The notes beneath the pieces were generated by a model. The model did not search any database, was not told the DNA's origin, and saw nothing but the letters and a program-made list of their open reading frames with translations. From Myxococcales bacterium (GTDB lineage: Bacteria > Myxococcota_A > Polyangia > Polyangiales > Polyangiaceae): a stretch of 64,000 nt of DNA. Positions within the stretch are counted from its first letter, which is position 1. Each line of letters begins with the position of its first letter. This document shows positions 49,713 through 63,089 of this stretch, in pieces. Position numbers and translations under genes: made by a program. The DNA is taken from positions 1 to 64,000 of the forward strand of contig JAYTOU010000091.1 in assembly GCA_043747615.1 (NCBI GenBank), read 5' to 3'.

Positions 49713-50024
49713 TTACAACATCGTTTCTCGCGTCTCCCACCCGCTTGAACGCTTCCCTTCCAGGACCTGGAGCGAGGCCTTCTAAGGTGTGAGGGCGGGA
49801 GGCAGCTGCGCGGTGGCCTGAACAGATGTATCCGGGACAGTCCGTGGAACCCGCCAGCCGTTTAACGTGTCGTATTCGAGTTGGTTGGCCGAGGCGGTGG
49901 GCGGGAGTGGCTATGGCAGAGGCGCACGGACAGGCCGTCTGGCGTAGCGCCACAGCTTTGATCTTTTTCTGGAGTTTGGTGGTTCGGCGCGCGAGCGGCG
50001 AAAAAACACGGGCTCCCAGGCGAA

Positions 50025-53688
<3,664 letters not shown>

Positions 53689-53693
<5 letters not shown>

Positions 53694-53749
53694 GTGTCGG
53701 TTGCTCCCTGAGAGTCAGTTGCGCCTGAGATAAAGACAGAGCCCCTGAG
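53689..53749 (+). repeat. Four CCTGAG-anchored short direct repeats after the nrdJ stop
   Basis: CCTGAG at 53689, 53707, 53724 and 53744; the first two continue as (t/a)GTC(g/a)GTTGC. Confidence 0.6.
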
Positions 53750-53771
53750 GAATACTCGGGGGCTTTTTTTT
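53740..53771 (+). terminator. Rho-independent terminator of nrdJ
   Basis: AGCCCCTGAG-GAATA-CTCGGGGGCT stem-loop followed by a T run to 53771. Confidence 0.9.
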
Positions 53772-53833
53772 ACGTTTGGCAACAGAACCTTGTAGCTTCG
53801 TCGCCGTACGATCTTCTCAGGAGAATCTCCGAC

Positions 53834-54289
53834 ATGATCCCCCGCTCCCCCTTCCGCACTCTCTTCGCGTTCGCGTGCATCTTCGGCCTGCCCACGGTGA
53901 TCCTCGGGTGCCCCAAGAAACCTGTCGCCGACACCGACGCCGGGGCTCCCGTCGCCGTCGAGATCGACGCGGCGCCGACCCTTCTGGCTCCTCTCGATGA
54001 AGTCGATGCGGGCTCGGACTCCGGCCCGGACGCAGCGACCAAGAAGCACGGCGGCACCGGCCTCAACACGAACCAGACGCGCGCCAAGCAGTGCTGCACC
54101 GCGCTCCGCACGCAAGCGAAGGCGCTCGGTAATTCACCCGAAGCCCAGCAGCTCCTCGGCGTCGCAGCGATGTGCGACGGCGTCGCGGTACAAGTCGGAC
54201 CGACCGCCGGCGGAAACGCGCCCGAGCTTGCGCCGCTCCGCGCGATGCTCGCAGGCAAGACCGTTCCGCCCCTCTGCCAGGGCCTTTAA
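53834..54289 (+). CDS. Hypothetical lipoprotein
   Basis: AGGAG RBS, lipobox ILG-C, acidic linker, helical C-terminal domain with CC..C..C. Confidence 0.7.
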   Translation: MIPRSPFRTLFAFACIFGLPTVILGCPKKPVADTDAGAPVAVEIDAAPTLLAPLDEVDAGSDSGPDAATKKHGGTGLNTNQTRAKQCCTALRTQAKALGNSPEAQQLLGVAAMCDGVAVQVGPTAGGNAPELAPLRAMLAGKTVPPLCQGL

Positions 54290-54308
54290 GACCGCTGCGT
54301 AGTCGAAG

Positions 54309-55253
54309 CTACGTAGTGAAGTGATCGAAGCCGCGGGGGACGATGGCTTCCTCGGCGGCGCCGCGGGTGAGGGAGATTCCTTTGCCCGCGAAGAGCGTTC
54401 CTATGCGGAAGAAACCAGGCAGATCGCGGTCGCTGGCGGCGACGAGACCGTAGTCTTCGCCGCCGTAAAGGATGCACTCGAGCGGGTCGATGGCGAGCGC
54501 AGCAGCCGCCTCGTGCAGCGACGTTCCCGCATGAGTGAAGAGTGCCGCCTCGTCGAGAACGGCGCGCAAGCCGCTCGCATGGGCGAGGTGAGCGAGGTCT
54601 TGGGTGAGGCCATCGGAGATGTCGATCGCGGCGTGCGCGCCGACCGCAGCAAGGACGATCCCCGCGTCGATCTGAGCCATCGGCCTACGCCAGGCGGCAA
54701 CGGCGGGAGCGACGTCCGGATCCGACGAGCCGCGCTCGAGGGCTGCCAAGCCGGCGCTTGCCAGACCGAGCGGGCCGCAGATGAAGAGCCCATCACCTTC
54801 GCGGGCGCCGCCGCGTTCGATGGCTCTGGCGCACGATCCCAATAGTGTCGTCGTCACACTAACTACCGGGCTGCGCGTGAGGTTTCCTCCGACGATCGGT
54901 GCCCCGACGGCGGTCGCCGCGGCTTCTTGACCACGCGCGAGCTCGTCGAGGGCGCGATCCTCGAAGTCGGCGGGGAGCGAGAGCGCGCTGAGGGCACACC
55001 AGGGCGTGGCTGCCATCGCCGCGACGTCGCTCGCTGCGGCCATGAAGGATCTCCACCCGACGTCGTTCCAGCTCACGAGCTCCCGCCGAAAATGGCTGCC
55101 TTCGACCTGTTCGTCGACCGTCCAGACGAGCTTGCCGGTGGGCGCGTCGAGGACCGCGGCGTCGTCGCCTATGCCGGTCACGACCCCCTTCGCACCGAGC
55201 TTCCGAAACAGCTTCGCGAGACGGCCGATTTTGTCGAACTCGCTCGCGCCCAT
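54309..55253 (-). CDS. thiL: Thiamine-monophosphate kinase
   Basis: GIGDDAAV, EGSHF, SDVAAM, IDISDGL, GGEDY, GFDHF. Confidence 0.93.
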   Translation of the reverse strand: MGASEFDKIGRLAKLFRKLGAKGVVTGIGDDAAVLDAPTGKLVWTVDEQVEGSHFRRELVSWNDVGWRSFMAAASDVAAMAATPWCALSALSLPADFEDRALDELARGQEAAATAVGAPIVGGNLTRSPVVSVTTTLLGSCARAIERGGAREGDGLFICGPLGLASAGLAALERGSSDPDVAPAVAAWRRPMAQIDAGIVLAAVGAHAAIDISDGLTQDLAHLAHASGLRAVLDEAALFTHAGTSLHEAAAALAIDPLECILYGGEDYGLVAASDRDLPGFFRIGTLFAGKGISLTRGAAEEAIVPRGFDHFTT

Positions 55254-55262
55254 CTGGTCGTT

Positions 55263-56741
55263 CTAGGCATTGATGTCGGACGCGGGGAGGCGCACGACGA
55301 AGACGGTGCCCTGAGGCATGTTGTCTTCGATGTGAATGGTGCCGCCGTGCGCGTCGACCAGCCGCTTGACGATGGAGAGGCCGAGGCCGGTCCCCCCGTA
55401 CTCGCGCGTCGACGACGAATCAATCTGGTAAAAGGGCTCGAACACTTTCGAGCGCTCGCGGGCGGGGATGCCGATTCCCGTGTCTGCCACCCGGATCTCG
55501 AAGCTCGATTGCACGGGTGCGAGCAGGGCAAAGCCACTAGCGTCGTCGTCCTCCGCTCCCTCTGCTCCGCCGTCGATCCCCAGGTTTCGGACGGTGAGAG
55601 TGACCGAGCCGCCGGTGGGGGTGAACTTCACGGCGTTGTCGGCGAGGTTGAGAAAAACCTGACGAAGGCGCTCGGGATCGCCTTTGACCTCAGGAATGTC
55701 GACACCGAGCTCGAGCTTGAGCGTGATGCCGCGTTTTCGCGCCGTCGGGGTGAGGGTGCTCACCACTTGCTGGAGAAGATCTTGGACCTTCATCGAGCGC
55801 TTTTTGACGCTCATCGAGCCGCTCTCGAGCTTCGAGAGATCGAGCAGGCTGGTGATGAGACCGAGGAGCTGCTCCCCTTTTTCGTGAATGGTGCCCACGA
55901 AGTCTCTTTGCTCGCCAGCGAGCGGACCGGCGATGCCTTCGGTGAGCATCTCGCTGTAGCCGATGATCGACGTGAGCGGCGTGCGGAGCTCGTGGCTCAC
56001 CGTGGCGAGGAAGTTCGACTTGAGACGATCGAGCTCCTTGAGCTTGCTGAAGCTCTCTTGCAGGCGGGCGTTCTTCTCTTGAAGCTCGCGGTAACTCTCG
56101 CGCACGCTCGCCAGGTGCATGGTGCTCGTGAGGAGCGCCTTGTGCCCGCTGAAGAGAATGAGATCGAGCGCGCTCTTCAGGTGGGTAGCGATGCGGGTGA
56201 CGGTCTCCTCTTTTGCACGAGGCACGCGGGGGAGCAGCGAGCGCGCGCGGGCCGGATCGATCCCCTTGTCGACATCGAGCAGCGACTGCGGCACTTCAGT
56301 CACCGACGGCGGCAGGTACGGGCCGATGATGATCCGACCGATCTTGCGCGCGTCGTATTCGAGAACGACGATCCGGTAGGCGTTGCCCGTGAAGCAGCCA
56401 TGCACCACGTCCCCCGAGGGGCCGCCTTCGTTCGCTTTGACGGCGCTCACCGTGGCCCCGCACGCCGCACGGCCGGCGATGAGCGTATTCACGTAGGCGC
56501 AGATTTCGTGCTCCTTCGAGGCATCGGCGAGGAGCGCGCCGTCGGTCGAGTAGATGCGCACCGGGATGCCGAAGAGGGCGAAGAAGCTCGTGCAGAGCTC
56601 TTCCAGCCCCTCGCGATCAACGAGATCTTCAAGGCGCATCCGGCCATCGAAGCTCAAGTCCGGGGACGACGACGGGGTGGGCACCGGTGGATCCGACAGG
56701 AGTGATGCGTGAGCGTCCGGCTCGGAGGGGAGCCCGCTCAT
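55263..56741 (-). CDS. Cytoplasmic histidine kinase with PocR-like sensor domain
   Basis: N-terminal Cys-containing PocR-like region (EIC..C..HGCFTG..IIIGPY), SHELRTPL H-box, N/G1/F/G2 boxes, no TM; ATGA coupling to the GTPase gene. Confidence 0.88.
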   Translation of the reverse strand: MSGLPSEPDAHASLLSDPPVPTPSSSPDLSFDGRMRLEDLVDREGLEELCTSFFALFGIPVRIYSTDGALLADASKEHEICAYVNTLIAGRAACGATVSAVKANEGGPSGDVVHGCFTGNAYRIVVLEYDARKIGRIIIGPYLPPSVTEVPQSLLDVDKGIDPARARSLLPRVPRAKEETVTRIATHLKSALDLILFSGHKALLTSTMHLASVRESYRELQEKNARLQESFSKLKELDRLKSNFLATVSHELRTPLTSIIGYSEMLTEGIAGPLAGEQRDFVGTIHEKGEQLLGLITSLLDLSKLESGSMSVKKRSMKVQDLLQQVVSTLTPTARKRGITLKLELGVDIPEVKGDPERLRQVFLNLADNAVKFTPTGGSVTLTVRNLGIDGGAEGAEDDDASGFALLAPVQSSFEIRVADTGIGIPARERSKVFEPFYQIDSSSTREYGGTGLGLSIVKRLVDAHGGTIHIEDNMPQGTVFVVRLPASDINA

Positions 56742-57469
56742 GCCTTCACCTCGGGGCGAGCGAACTTGAGGGATCCACCGACGCACGCCGACAGGAGCGT
56801 CGAGACGTCTCCCTTGAAACCGAGCTGCTTCGCCGCCATCGGTAGAAACTCGGCCGCCTCGATGCCGAGGGTGCGTGCAAGCTGATGTTCCGCCTCGAGC
56901 TTCGACCAGGTCAGGCTGAGCAGACCGAAGAAGGATTCGAGCACTCCTTTTCCGTTGAGCGCTGTGGCCTTGAAGACCGGCTCGCGACCGCGACGCGCGA
57001 GCTGCTCGATTTCTTCCACGGGGCGGACGTTCGCGAGATCCTGCTTGTTGAACTGGATGACGAGCGGGGTGTCTCGAAGCGAGATCCCGAGCTCTTTCAT
57101 GTTCGCGCGCAGGTCGAGGAACGAGGCTGCGTTGTTCTCAGTCTCCGAAATTTGAGAGTCGGCGATGAAGGCGACGCCGTCGGCCCCCTGGAGGACCAGT
57201 CGACGGGTCGAACCGTGAAGGACCTGTCCGGGGACGGTGAAGACCTTGAGCCTGAGACTCATTCCACCATCGGCCGATCGAAAAACGAGTGGCAGCATGT
57301 CGAAAAACAGGGTGCGGTCGTCCCTGGTTTCGAGCGTCATGAGCCGGCCGTGGCTCTCCTCGCTCGTCAGCTCGTGGAGCGCCCGCAAGTTAGTCGTTTT
57401 TCCACTGAGCGCGGGCCCGTAATAAACGAGCTTGATGGTGACTTCACGGGCTGCGAAGTTTAGCTGCAC
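56738..57469 (-). CDS. MglA-family small Ras-like GTPase (MglA paralogue, SofG-like)
   Basis: KLVYYGPALSGKTTNL, DRTLFFD, TVPGQ and NKQD motifs plus a C-terminal extension. Confidence 0.88.
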   Translation of the reverse strand: MQLNFAAREVTIKLVYYGPALSGKTTNLRALHELTSEESHGRLMTLETRDDRTLFFDMLPLVFRSADGGMSLRLKVFTVPGQVLHGSTRRLVLQGADGVAFIADSQISETENNAASFLDLRANMKELGISLRDTPLVIQFNKQDLANVRPVEEIEQLARRGREPVFKATALNGKGVLESFFGLLSLTWSKLEAEHQLARTLGIEAAEFLPMAAKQLGFKGDVSTLLSACVGGSLKFARPEVKA

Positions 57470-57552
57470 TTGGACTCGCTCACTCTAGCCGACCTTCGTG
57501 AGGCTGTGTCGCGTGATATTCATGACGGGACCCAACAGAGAGGCCGCACCAG

Positions 57553-58017
57553 ATGCTCCATGAAGGCGATGCCGCTCCGAAGTTCACCCTCGAGGGGGAC
57601 GACGGCGCAAAAGTAAGTCTCGCTGATTTCTCGGGCCGAATGCTCGTTTTGTACTTTTATCCCGAGGACAACACTCCCGGATGCACCCTGCAAGCGCAGG
57701 GCTTTTCAGCCGCGAGCACGCACTTCACGAAGGCCGGCGCCGCCGTCGTCGGCATCTCTAAGGACTCGACCAAGAGCCACGCTGGATTTCGCGACAAGTA
57801 CAAGCTCGGGTTCACACTCCTCAGCGACCCGGAGCTCACGGTCCACAACGCCTTCGGCACGTACGGCGAGAAGACGCTCTACGGAAAAAAATTGATGGGG
57901 ACGATCCGCAGCACGTTCATCATCGGGAAGAAGGGGAAAATCCTGCGCGTCTTTGCGAAAGTGAAGGTCGCCGGACACGTCGACGAGGTGTTCGCGGCCG
58001 TGAAGGAGCTGGGGTGA
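57553..58017 (+). CDS. bcp: Peroxiredoxin BCP/PrxQ (1-Cys)
   Basis: YFYPEDNTPGCT (PxxxTxxC), LLSD, RSTFII; only one Cys. Confidence 0.9.
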   Translation: MLHEGDAAPKFTLEGDDGAKVSLADFSGRMLVLYFYPEDNTPGCTLQAQGFSAASTHFTKAGAAVVGISKDSTKSHAGFRDKYKLGFTLLSDPELTVHNAFGTYGEKTLYGKKLMGTIRSTFIIGKKGKILRVFAKVKVAGHVDEVFAAVKELG

Positions 58018-59030
58018 CGGGAGGCGAGACGGCGACCGTCGTGTGGCTCGCACCTGCGCAGCCATCGCAGGATGCGCGGCGAGCGCTCGAGGAGTGGGCG
58101 CGCGTCCGCGGAATCGCCCTTCATGCGCCGCTCGAAGAGCACACGCCCGCGATCGCCATCGATCTCGGGATCGCCGACAGCATCGAAAAAAGTCTCGACC
58201 GTTCGCGAGACGCGCTCGCCGCACTGGATGTCGACGCCACCGAACGCGCCCTCCTTCAAGCCGAAACGTTGGTGAGGGCCCACCCCGAGCTCCCCCAGGC
58301 CGCGTGGCTCCGCGCGGAGGTCGAGCGGGGATGGGCAGCGCGCTGGCTTCGTGGTGAGCCTCGTGATCCTGAGCGCGCCGAACGTGCCTGGCAGCGTGCG
58401 GCAGTGCTCGACGGAGGGAGAGTCGCAGGCATCGGTGAAGCGATGCCCCTCCCCTCTCGCGCGGACGCAGACTCCCGGCTCGAGGTCGACGCCGCACCAA
58501 ATGCCGTGATCTCGGTGGACGGTGTCGTCGCCGTCGCCGCGAATCACGCGGCTCTCCACCGCACCGAAGGCGAGCACCAAGTCGTCGTCTCCAAGCCGAA
58601 CGGTCAGGTCACCTACGCCTCGTGGATTTCGATCGGACCAAGCTCGCGCGTCCTCATTCGAATTCCGAAGCCCACGGCGTGCTCGGCGGACGACGTGGAG
58701 AGCGCGCGCTCCGCGAATCCGGAGACGAGGCTCGCGGTCACCTGTCCGAGCTGGGTGGCGGCGTCGGAAGGTCCGCGCCCAGGAGTGGTGCAGGTTGCCA
58801 CGTGCGACCTCGGTCGGTGCGGCTCGTTCGTGGAGTGGAGCGCCGCGACGCCGCATGTTTTTTCGCCCGTCCCCTTCGTGGGCGAGAAGAAGCACGCCTG
58901 GCCGCCGTGGGCCACGTGGGCGAGCGTGGGCGTTGGGGTCGTGGCTGCGGGGACTCTCACGCTCTATGCGGCAGGCGCGTTCGACACGCGAGGACACGAC
59001 ACCCGGTTCGTCAACGGCGGTGTCCGCTAA
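58014..59030 (+). CDS. Hypothetical protein with PEGA-like segment and C-terminal hydrophobic helix
   Basis: Helical N-terminus, AVISVDG..GEHQVVV, WPPWATWASVGVGVV; GTGA overlap with bcp. Confidence 0.55.
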   Translation: MTGGETATVVWLAPAQPSQDARRALEEWARVRGIALHAPLEEHTPAIAIDLGIADSIEKSLDRSRDALAALDVDATERALLQAETLVRAHPELPQAAWLRAEVERGWAARWLRGEPRDPERAERAWQRAAVLDGGRVAGIGEAMPLPSRADADSRLEVDAAPNAVISVDGVVAVAANHAALHRTEGEHQVVVSKPNGQVTYASWISIGPSSRVLIRIPKPTACSADDVESARSANPETRLAVTCPSWVAASEGPRPGVVQVATCDLGRCGSFVEWSAATPHVFSPVPFVGEKKHAWPPWATWASVGVGVVAAGTLTLYAAGAFDTRGHDTRFVNGGVR

Positions 59031-59202
59031 AGCAACTCCGCCTCGAAACGCGGGCCCGCTGGGAAGATCCGGGGGCCGGGAGCTGTCTTTAACCTGGGCG
59101 AGCGATTGCGGACCGTGCAGGCCGTCGTTACGCTTCTCTTCGCGTGTAGTGTTAGAACTTTTTCGGGATTTGCCCGTAAAAGATAGAGAAAAGAGACCCG
59201 CC

Positions 59203-60096
59203 ATGGCGCAAGCACCCCAGCTCGATTTCAACGCGTACGTCGAACGTAAAAAAGGGGAGCGCGCAGGCGGTCCAGATTCTACCGGCCACGAATACGCGTA
59301 CATCTCCGACCGGCAAATGCGCGCCACCTTCGAGCGCATGAAGCCCGTGGAGCTCGCCGTGACCAGCACTGTGAGGATGTTCAAGCAGGTGTGGAGGAGC
59401 CAGCTGCTCGGGAGCGCCGTCAAGGTCTCCGATCGGCAGTTTCCCAGGCTGAATCGCCTGGTGCAAACGTGCGCCGACACCCTCGAGATCAACCCTCCTA
59501 CCGTCTACATCGTGAACAGCCCGACGCTCAACGCAGCGACGTACGGCACGAACGAAGAGTCCTTCATCATGGTTCACTCTGCGCTCGTCGATCATTACTC
59601 GGACGAAGAGCTGCTCACCGTCATCGGTCACGAGTGCGGCCACATTCACAACTCGCACGTCGTCTACCTCACGGCGCTCCACTACCTCACCCAGATGGCG
59701 GGCGTCTTCGTCAAATGGGCCGTCGAGCCGGCGTTGATGGCCCTTCGCGCCTGGTCGCGCCGCGCAGAAATCACCTGCGATCGCGCGGGAATGCTCTGCG
59801 CAAAGAGTGACGTCGTCGCGGCGCGTGCGCTCACGAAGCTCGCGCTTGGCTCGGTCAAGCTCTACAGCGAGTTCAACATCGACGCCTTCCTCGATCAGTA
59901 CGAAGAAGGAAAAGATGGCATGGGCCGATACATGGAAGTCTTCGCGACTCACCCGTGGCTCCCGAAGCGCGTTCTCGCGATGCGTGCGTTCGGCGAGAGC
60001 GAGCTCTACCGAAAAGCGGCGGGAGTCGGCATCGGCGGACTGTCGATGAAGGAAGTAGACGATCGCGTGCTCGCGCTCCTCAAGGGGGATGCCTGA
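59203..60096 (+). CDS. M48-family zinc metallopeptidase, apparently soluble
   Basis: LNAATYG, IGHECGH (HExxH), WSRRAEITCDRAG, THP..R. Confidence 0.88.
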   Translation: MAQAPQLDFNAYVERKKGERAGGPDSTGHEYAYISDRQMRATFERMKPVELAVTSTVRMFKQVWRSQLLGSAVKVSDRQFPRLNRLVQTCADTLEINPPTVYIVNSPTLNAATYGTNEESFIMVHSALVDHYSDEELLTVIGHECGHIHNSHVVYLTALHYLTQMAGVFVKWAVEPALMALRAWSRRAEITCDRAGMLCAKSDVVAARALTKLALGSVKLYSEFNIDAFLDQYEEGKDGMGRYMEVFATHPWLPKRVLAMRAFGESELYRKAAGVGIGGLSMKEVDDRVLALLKGDA

Positions 60097-61967
60097 TGGA
60101 AAACGAGACCAAGCCGACGGGCATAGTGAACGGCAACGGAGGTCCGGCGGTCGAAGCGAGCGCTGCCGCTCATGCGGGGGCTCTCACGGCCTTTCGCGAA
60201 AAGAAGGTCGACGTAACGCTCGCACTCCAGAGGCTGAGTGAAATTGCGATCGGCCTTGGCGCCAAGAGCCTCACGGAGCGCATCGCGCGCGATCTCGTCC
60301 ACAAGCTCGAAGAGGACCGGTTTCACCTCGTGGTGGTCGGCGAGTTCAACCACGGCAAATCGAGCTTCGTGAACGCGCTCCTCGGTCACAGCGCACTGCC
60401 GATCGGGGTCACCCCCACCACCGCCGCCATCCATCACTTGAAGTACGGAGAGAAGCCGGAGGCGACGGTCGTCTACACCTCCGGCAAGCGAGAGGCGCTC
60501 GCCTTCGAAGACGTGCGAAAGTTTTCCGTCGGCGGACAGAAGTCGAATGAAGAGGTCGACTTCATCGAGGTGAGCTACCCGGCGGCGCTACTGAAGGAGC
60601 GGATTCTCCTCGTCGACACGCCAGGAGTGAACGATCTGTCGCTCCAGCGAGCAGACATCACCTACAGCTACATCCCGCGAGCGGACGCCGTCCTCTTCCT
60701 CCTCGACGCGGGGCAAATCCTCAAGGAGAGTGAGCGCGTTTTTCTCCAGGAAAAACTGCTGAAAGCGTCACGCGACAAGATCGTCTTCGTGATCACGAAG
60801 TGGGACATCCTCAGCACCGAAGAGCGGGCCGAGGCGCTCGCCTACGCGAAGGATCAACTTGCGCGTCTGGTGAAAGACCCCATCGTTTTCGCCATCAGCG
60901 CGGAGACCGCCCTCGCCGGCAACACCTCCGAGAGCGGGATGCCCGAGCTCGTCCAGCACCTGACGCGATTCTTGGCGGAGGAGCGAGGGCGCATTCTCCT
61001 CGACAACGCGCTCGGCGAGGGGCTCAACGTGAGTCAGCTTCTCCTGAAGGGCGTCGATGCGCGAAGGCGGGCCGTGGCGATGAAGAGCGACGAGCTCGAA
61101 CGACGGATCGGTCTTCTGTCGAAGGATCTCGCCGGACAAGCGGGCACCATCGAGCAGCGGCGCATGAAGATCCGCGAGGACGTGAACGGCATCAAGGTAG
61201 GCGCGCGAAAAGATCTCGATCGCTTCGTAGACGACGTCATTCGCCAGCTCCCGAACGTGATCGATTCCGCCAAAGGCGAAGATTTGAAGCAATATTTGCC
61301 CGCCTTTTTGCAGTCCACGTTTCACGAGTGGGCCGAAAAAGAATCGAAGGAGATCGCGGCTCAGCTCGAAGTGCTCGCGGAGACGACGATCGCTCTCGTG
61401 CGTGAGGATGCTCACGAAGCGACCAAGCGGGTGTCCGATGCGCTGGGCGCGGGGGGGGACGTCAAGCGCCTCGACGTGCAGATCGACACATTCAATTACG
61501 ATGTCGGAATTTTTGCGCTCTTCGCCGTGGGCCTGGGGGTGATGTTCGCAAACGCTCTGCTCGGTGGGCTGCTCGCGCTCGCCGCGCCCGTCCTCGCCCT
61601 CGTCCTCAAGGACAAAGTGGAGGGCGAATACAAGAAGCGCGCGAAAGAGCTCGCGCCGGAAGTGGTCCGTGCGGCAGCCGCAAAGGCCGGTCCGAAGATG
61701 GACGAGATGATCGAAGAGTTCGCGCAAAAGCTCCATGCCTGGGTGGTGACGGCGGGTGAAGAGCTGCACCGCGAAGTCCTCGAAGTACTGCGCGCGGCGC
61801 AAGAGGCGCGAGCGGCCGGTACGCGCACCGAAGCTGAGGCACTCGAGGACGTCGAGAAGCAGGCCGAGCAACTGAAAGCGGCGACGACCGAGCTCGAAGA
61901 AATGCGCGCGGCTCTCTGGGCCCCGCGCGACAAAGTTCGCATCGGTTTGGACCAACTGAACGCGTAA
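60096..61967 (+). CDS. Bacterial dynamin-like GTPase
   Basis: GEFNHGKSS (G1), PTT (G2), DTPG (G3), TKWD (G4), long helical stalk with hydrophobic paddle; TGATG coupling. Confidence 0.88.
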   Translation: MENETKPTGIVNGNGGPAVEASAAAHAGALTAFREKKVDVTLALQRLSEIAIGLGAKSLTERIARDLVHKLEEDRFHLVVVGEFNHGKSSFVNALLGHSALPIGVTPTTAAIHHLKYGEKPEATVVYTSGKREALAFEDVRKFSVGGQKSNEEVDFIEVSYPAALLKERILLVDTPGVNDLSLQRADITYSYIPRADAVLFLLDAGQILKESERVFLQEKLLKASRDKIVFVITKWDILSTEERAEALAYAKDQLARLVKDPIVFAISAETALAGNTSESGMPELVQHLTRFLAEERGRILLDNALGEGLNVSQLLLKGVDARRRAVAMKSDELERRIGLLSKDLAGQAGTIEQRRMKIREDVNGIKVGARKDLDRFVDDVIRQLPNVIDSAKGEDLKQYLPAFLQSTFHEWAEKESKEIAAQLEVLAETTIALVREDAHEATKRVSDALGAGGDVKRLDVQIDTFNYDVGIFALFAVGLGVMFANALLGGLLALAAPVLALVLKDKVEGEYKKRAKELAPEVVRAAAAKAGPKMDEMIEEFAQKLHAWVVTAGEELHREVLEVLRAAQEARAAGTRTEAEALEDVEKQAEQLKAATTELEEMRAALWAPRDKVRIGLDQLNA

Positions 61968-61989
61968 CGCCGTTTGCCACGGCTGGCGC

Positions 61990-62961
61990 TCAGATCCCCA
62001 GAAGGGCCGCAAACCCCTGCGGACCTAGCGTCTGTAGGGACTCGTGGCGCATGGCGAAACGGCGCCAGTCCTTGGCGACGCGCTCGCCCACTCCTCCGTC
62101 GCGCATCGCGTAATCGGTGATGCGGGTAATCGTAAAGCGAAGGGCGGCGATGCTCGCCTCGGTGTGCAATGCCTTCTTCTCCCCGGCGGTGAGCACACGC
62201 ACGGACTCGTAGCCACGAACAAGAGCGGCGGCGAGGGCACCGTCGAGCGTGTCCCCGACGCACCAGGCGAGCATGGTGACCATGATGTCGTAGGCGAACG
62301 CGCCATCGTGGGCGCTCTCGAAATCGAGGAGCGCGGCGATTTCCCCGTGCGCCCCGAAGAGGACGTTGTCTCGAAAAAGGTCTCCGTGAACGAGGCCGCT
62401 AGGAAGGCCGGGATCCCGCTTCGCACACGCACCTTTCAGCGCGGATGCGAGGAACGGGGCGTGGGGGGCAAGCTCGGCTCCGCCTTCCCGAGCGATCTTC
62501 TCGACCCGAAGGAGAAGGTCCTCCGTACGAAAACGCCCAGGTCCGCGGGGCTCACCCCCTCCCGCAGCGTGCACCCGGGCGAGCGCGGCGCCGAGCTTCG
62601 ACGTGTCATCCGTAGTGACAGCCTGTTGGCACCGCATCGTCCCCTCGCGCCACGGGAAGAGCGCGGCCGGCTTGCCCGCAAGCAGCGCGACCGTCGACCC
62701 GTCACGCCGGGCAATGGGCGCCGGCGTGGGGACGCCCAGGGCCGCCAGGTGCGCGAGCATCTTGGCTTCGGCGAGGGCCCCCTCCCAACCCTGTTCTTCG
62801 TAGACCCGCAAAAAATAACGACTTTTTTCTTCCGCTTGAATTTCGAAGTTCGAATTCACGCTTCCCGCCGGTATCCCGGCGAAGGAAACGAGCCTCCCGA
62901 CCGCGAAATTGCCGAGAAATTGGGCGATCTGGGTTTCCGAGAGCGCAGTGAAGGTGGCCAT
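61990..62961 (-). CDS. thrB: Homoserine kinase type II (APH fold)
   Basis: MATFT, GSVNSNF, GKPAALF, HGDLFRDNVLF, LDF, AALRFTITR. Confidence 0.85.
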   Translation of the reverse strand: MATFTALSETQIAQFLGNFAVGRLVSFAGIPAGSVNSNFEIQAEEKSRYFLRVYEEQGWEGALAEAKMLAHLAALGVPTPAPIARRDGSTVALLAGKPAALFPWREGTMRCQQAVTTDDTSKLGAALARVHAAGGGEPRGPGRFRTEDLLLRVEKIAREGGAELAPHAPFLASALKGACAKRDPGLPSGLVHGDLFRDNVLFGAHGEIAALLDFESAHDGAFAYDIMVTMLAWCVGDTLDGALAAALVRGYESVRVLTAGEKKALHTEASIAALRFTITRITDYAMRDGGVGERVAKDWRRFAMRHESLQTLGPQGFAALLGI

Positions 62962-63089
62962 GAAAGCTGGACCGCGTCTCTACCATTTGAGCGGTCCGGA
63001 CGAAGAACTCTGTCATCGGTGCTGGACGTCGGTTGCGGATTCCTGGTACACGGCCCGTCGGGATCCGAGAAAGCGCGAGCTTTTAAGAC

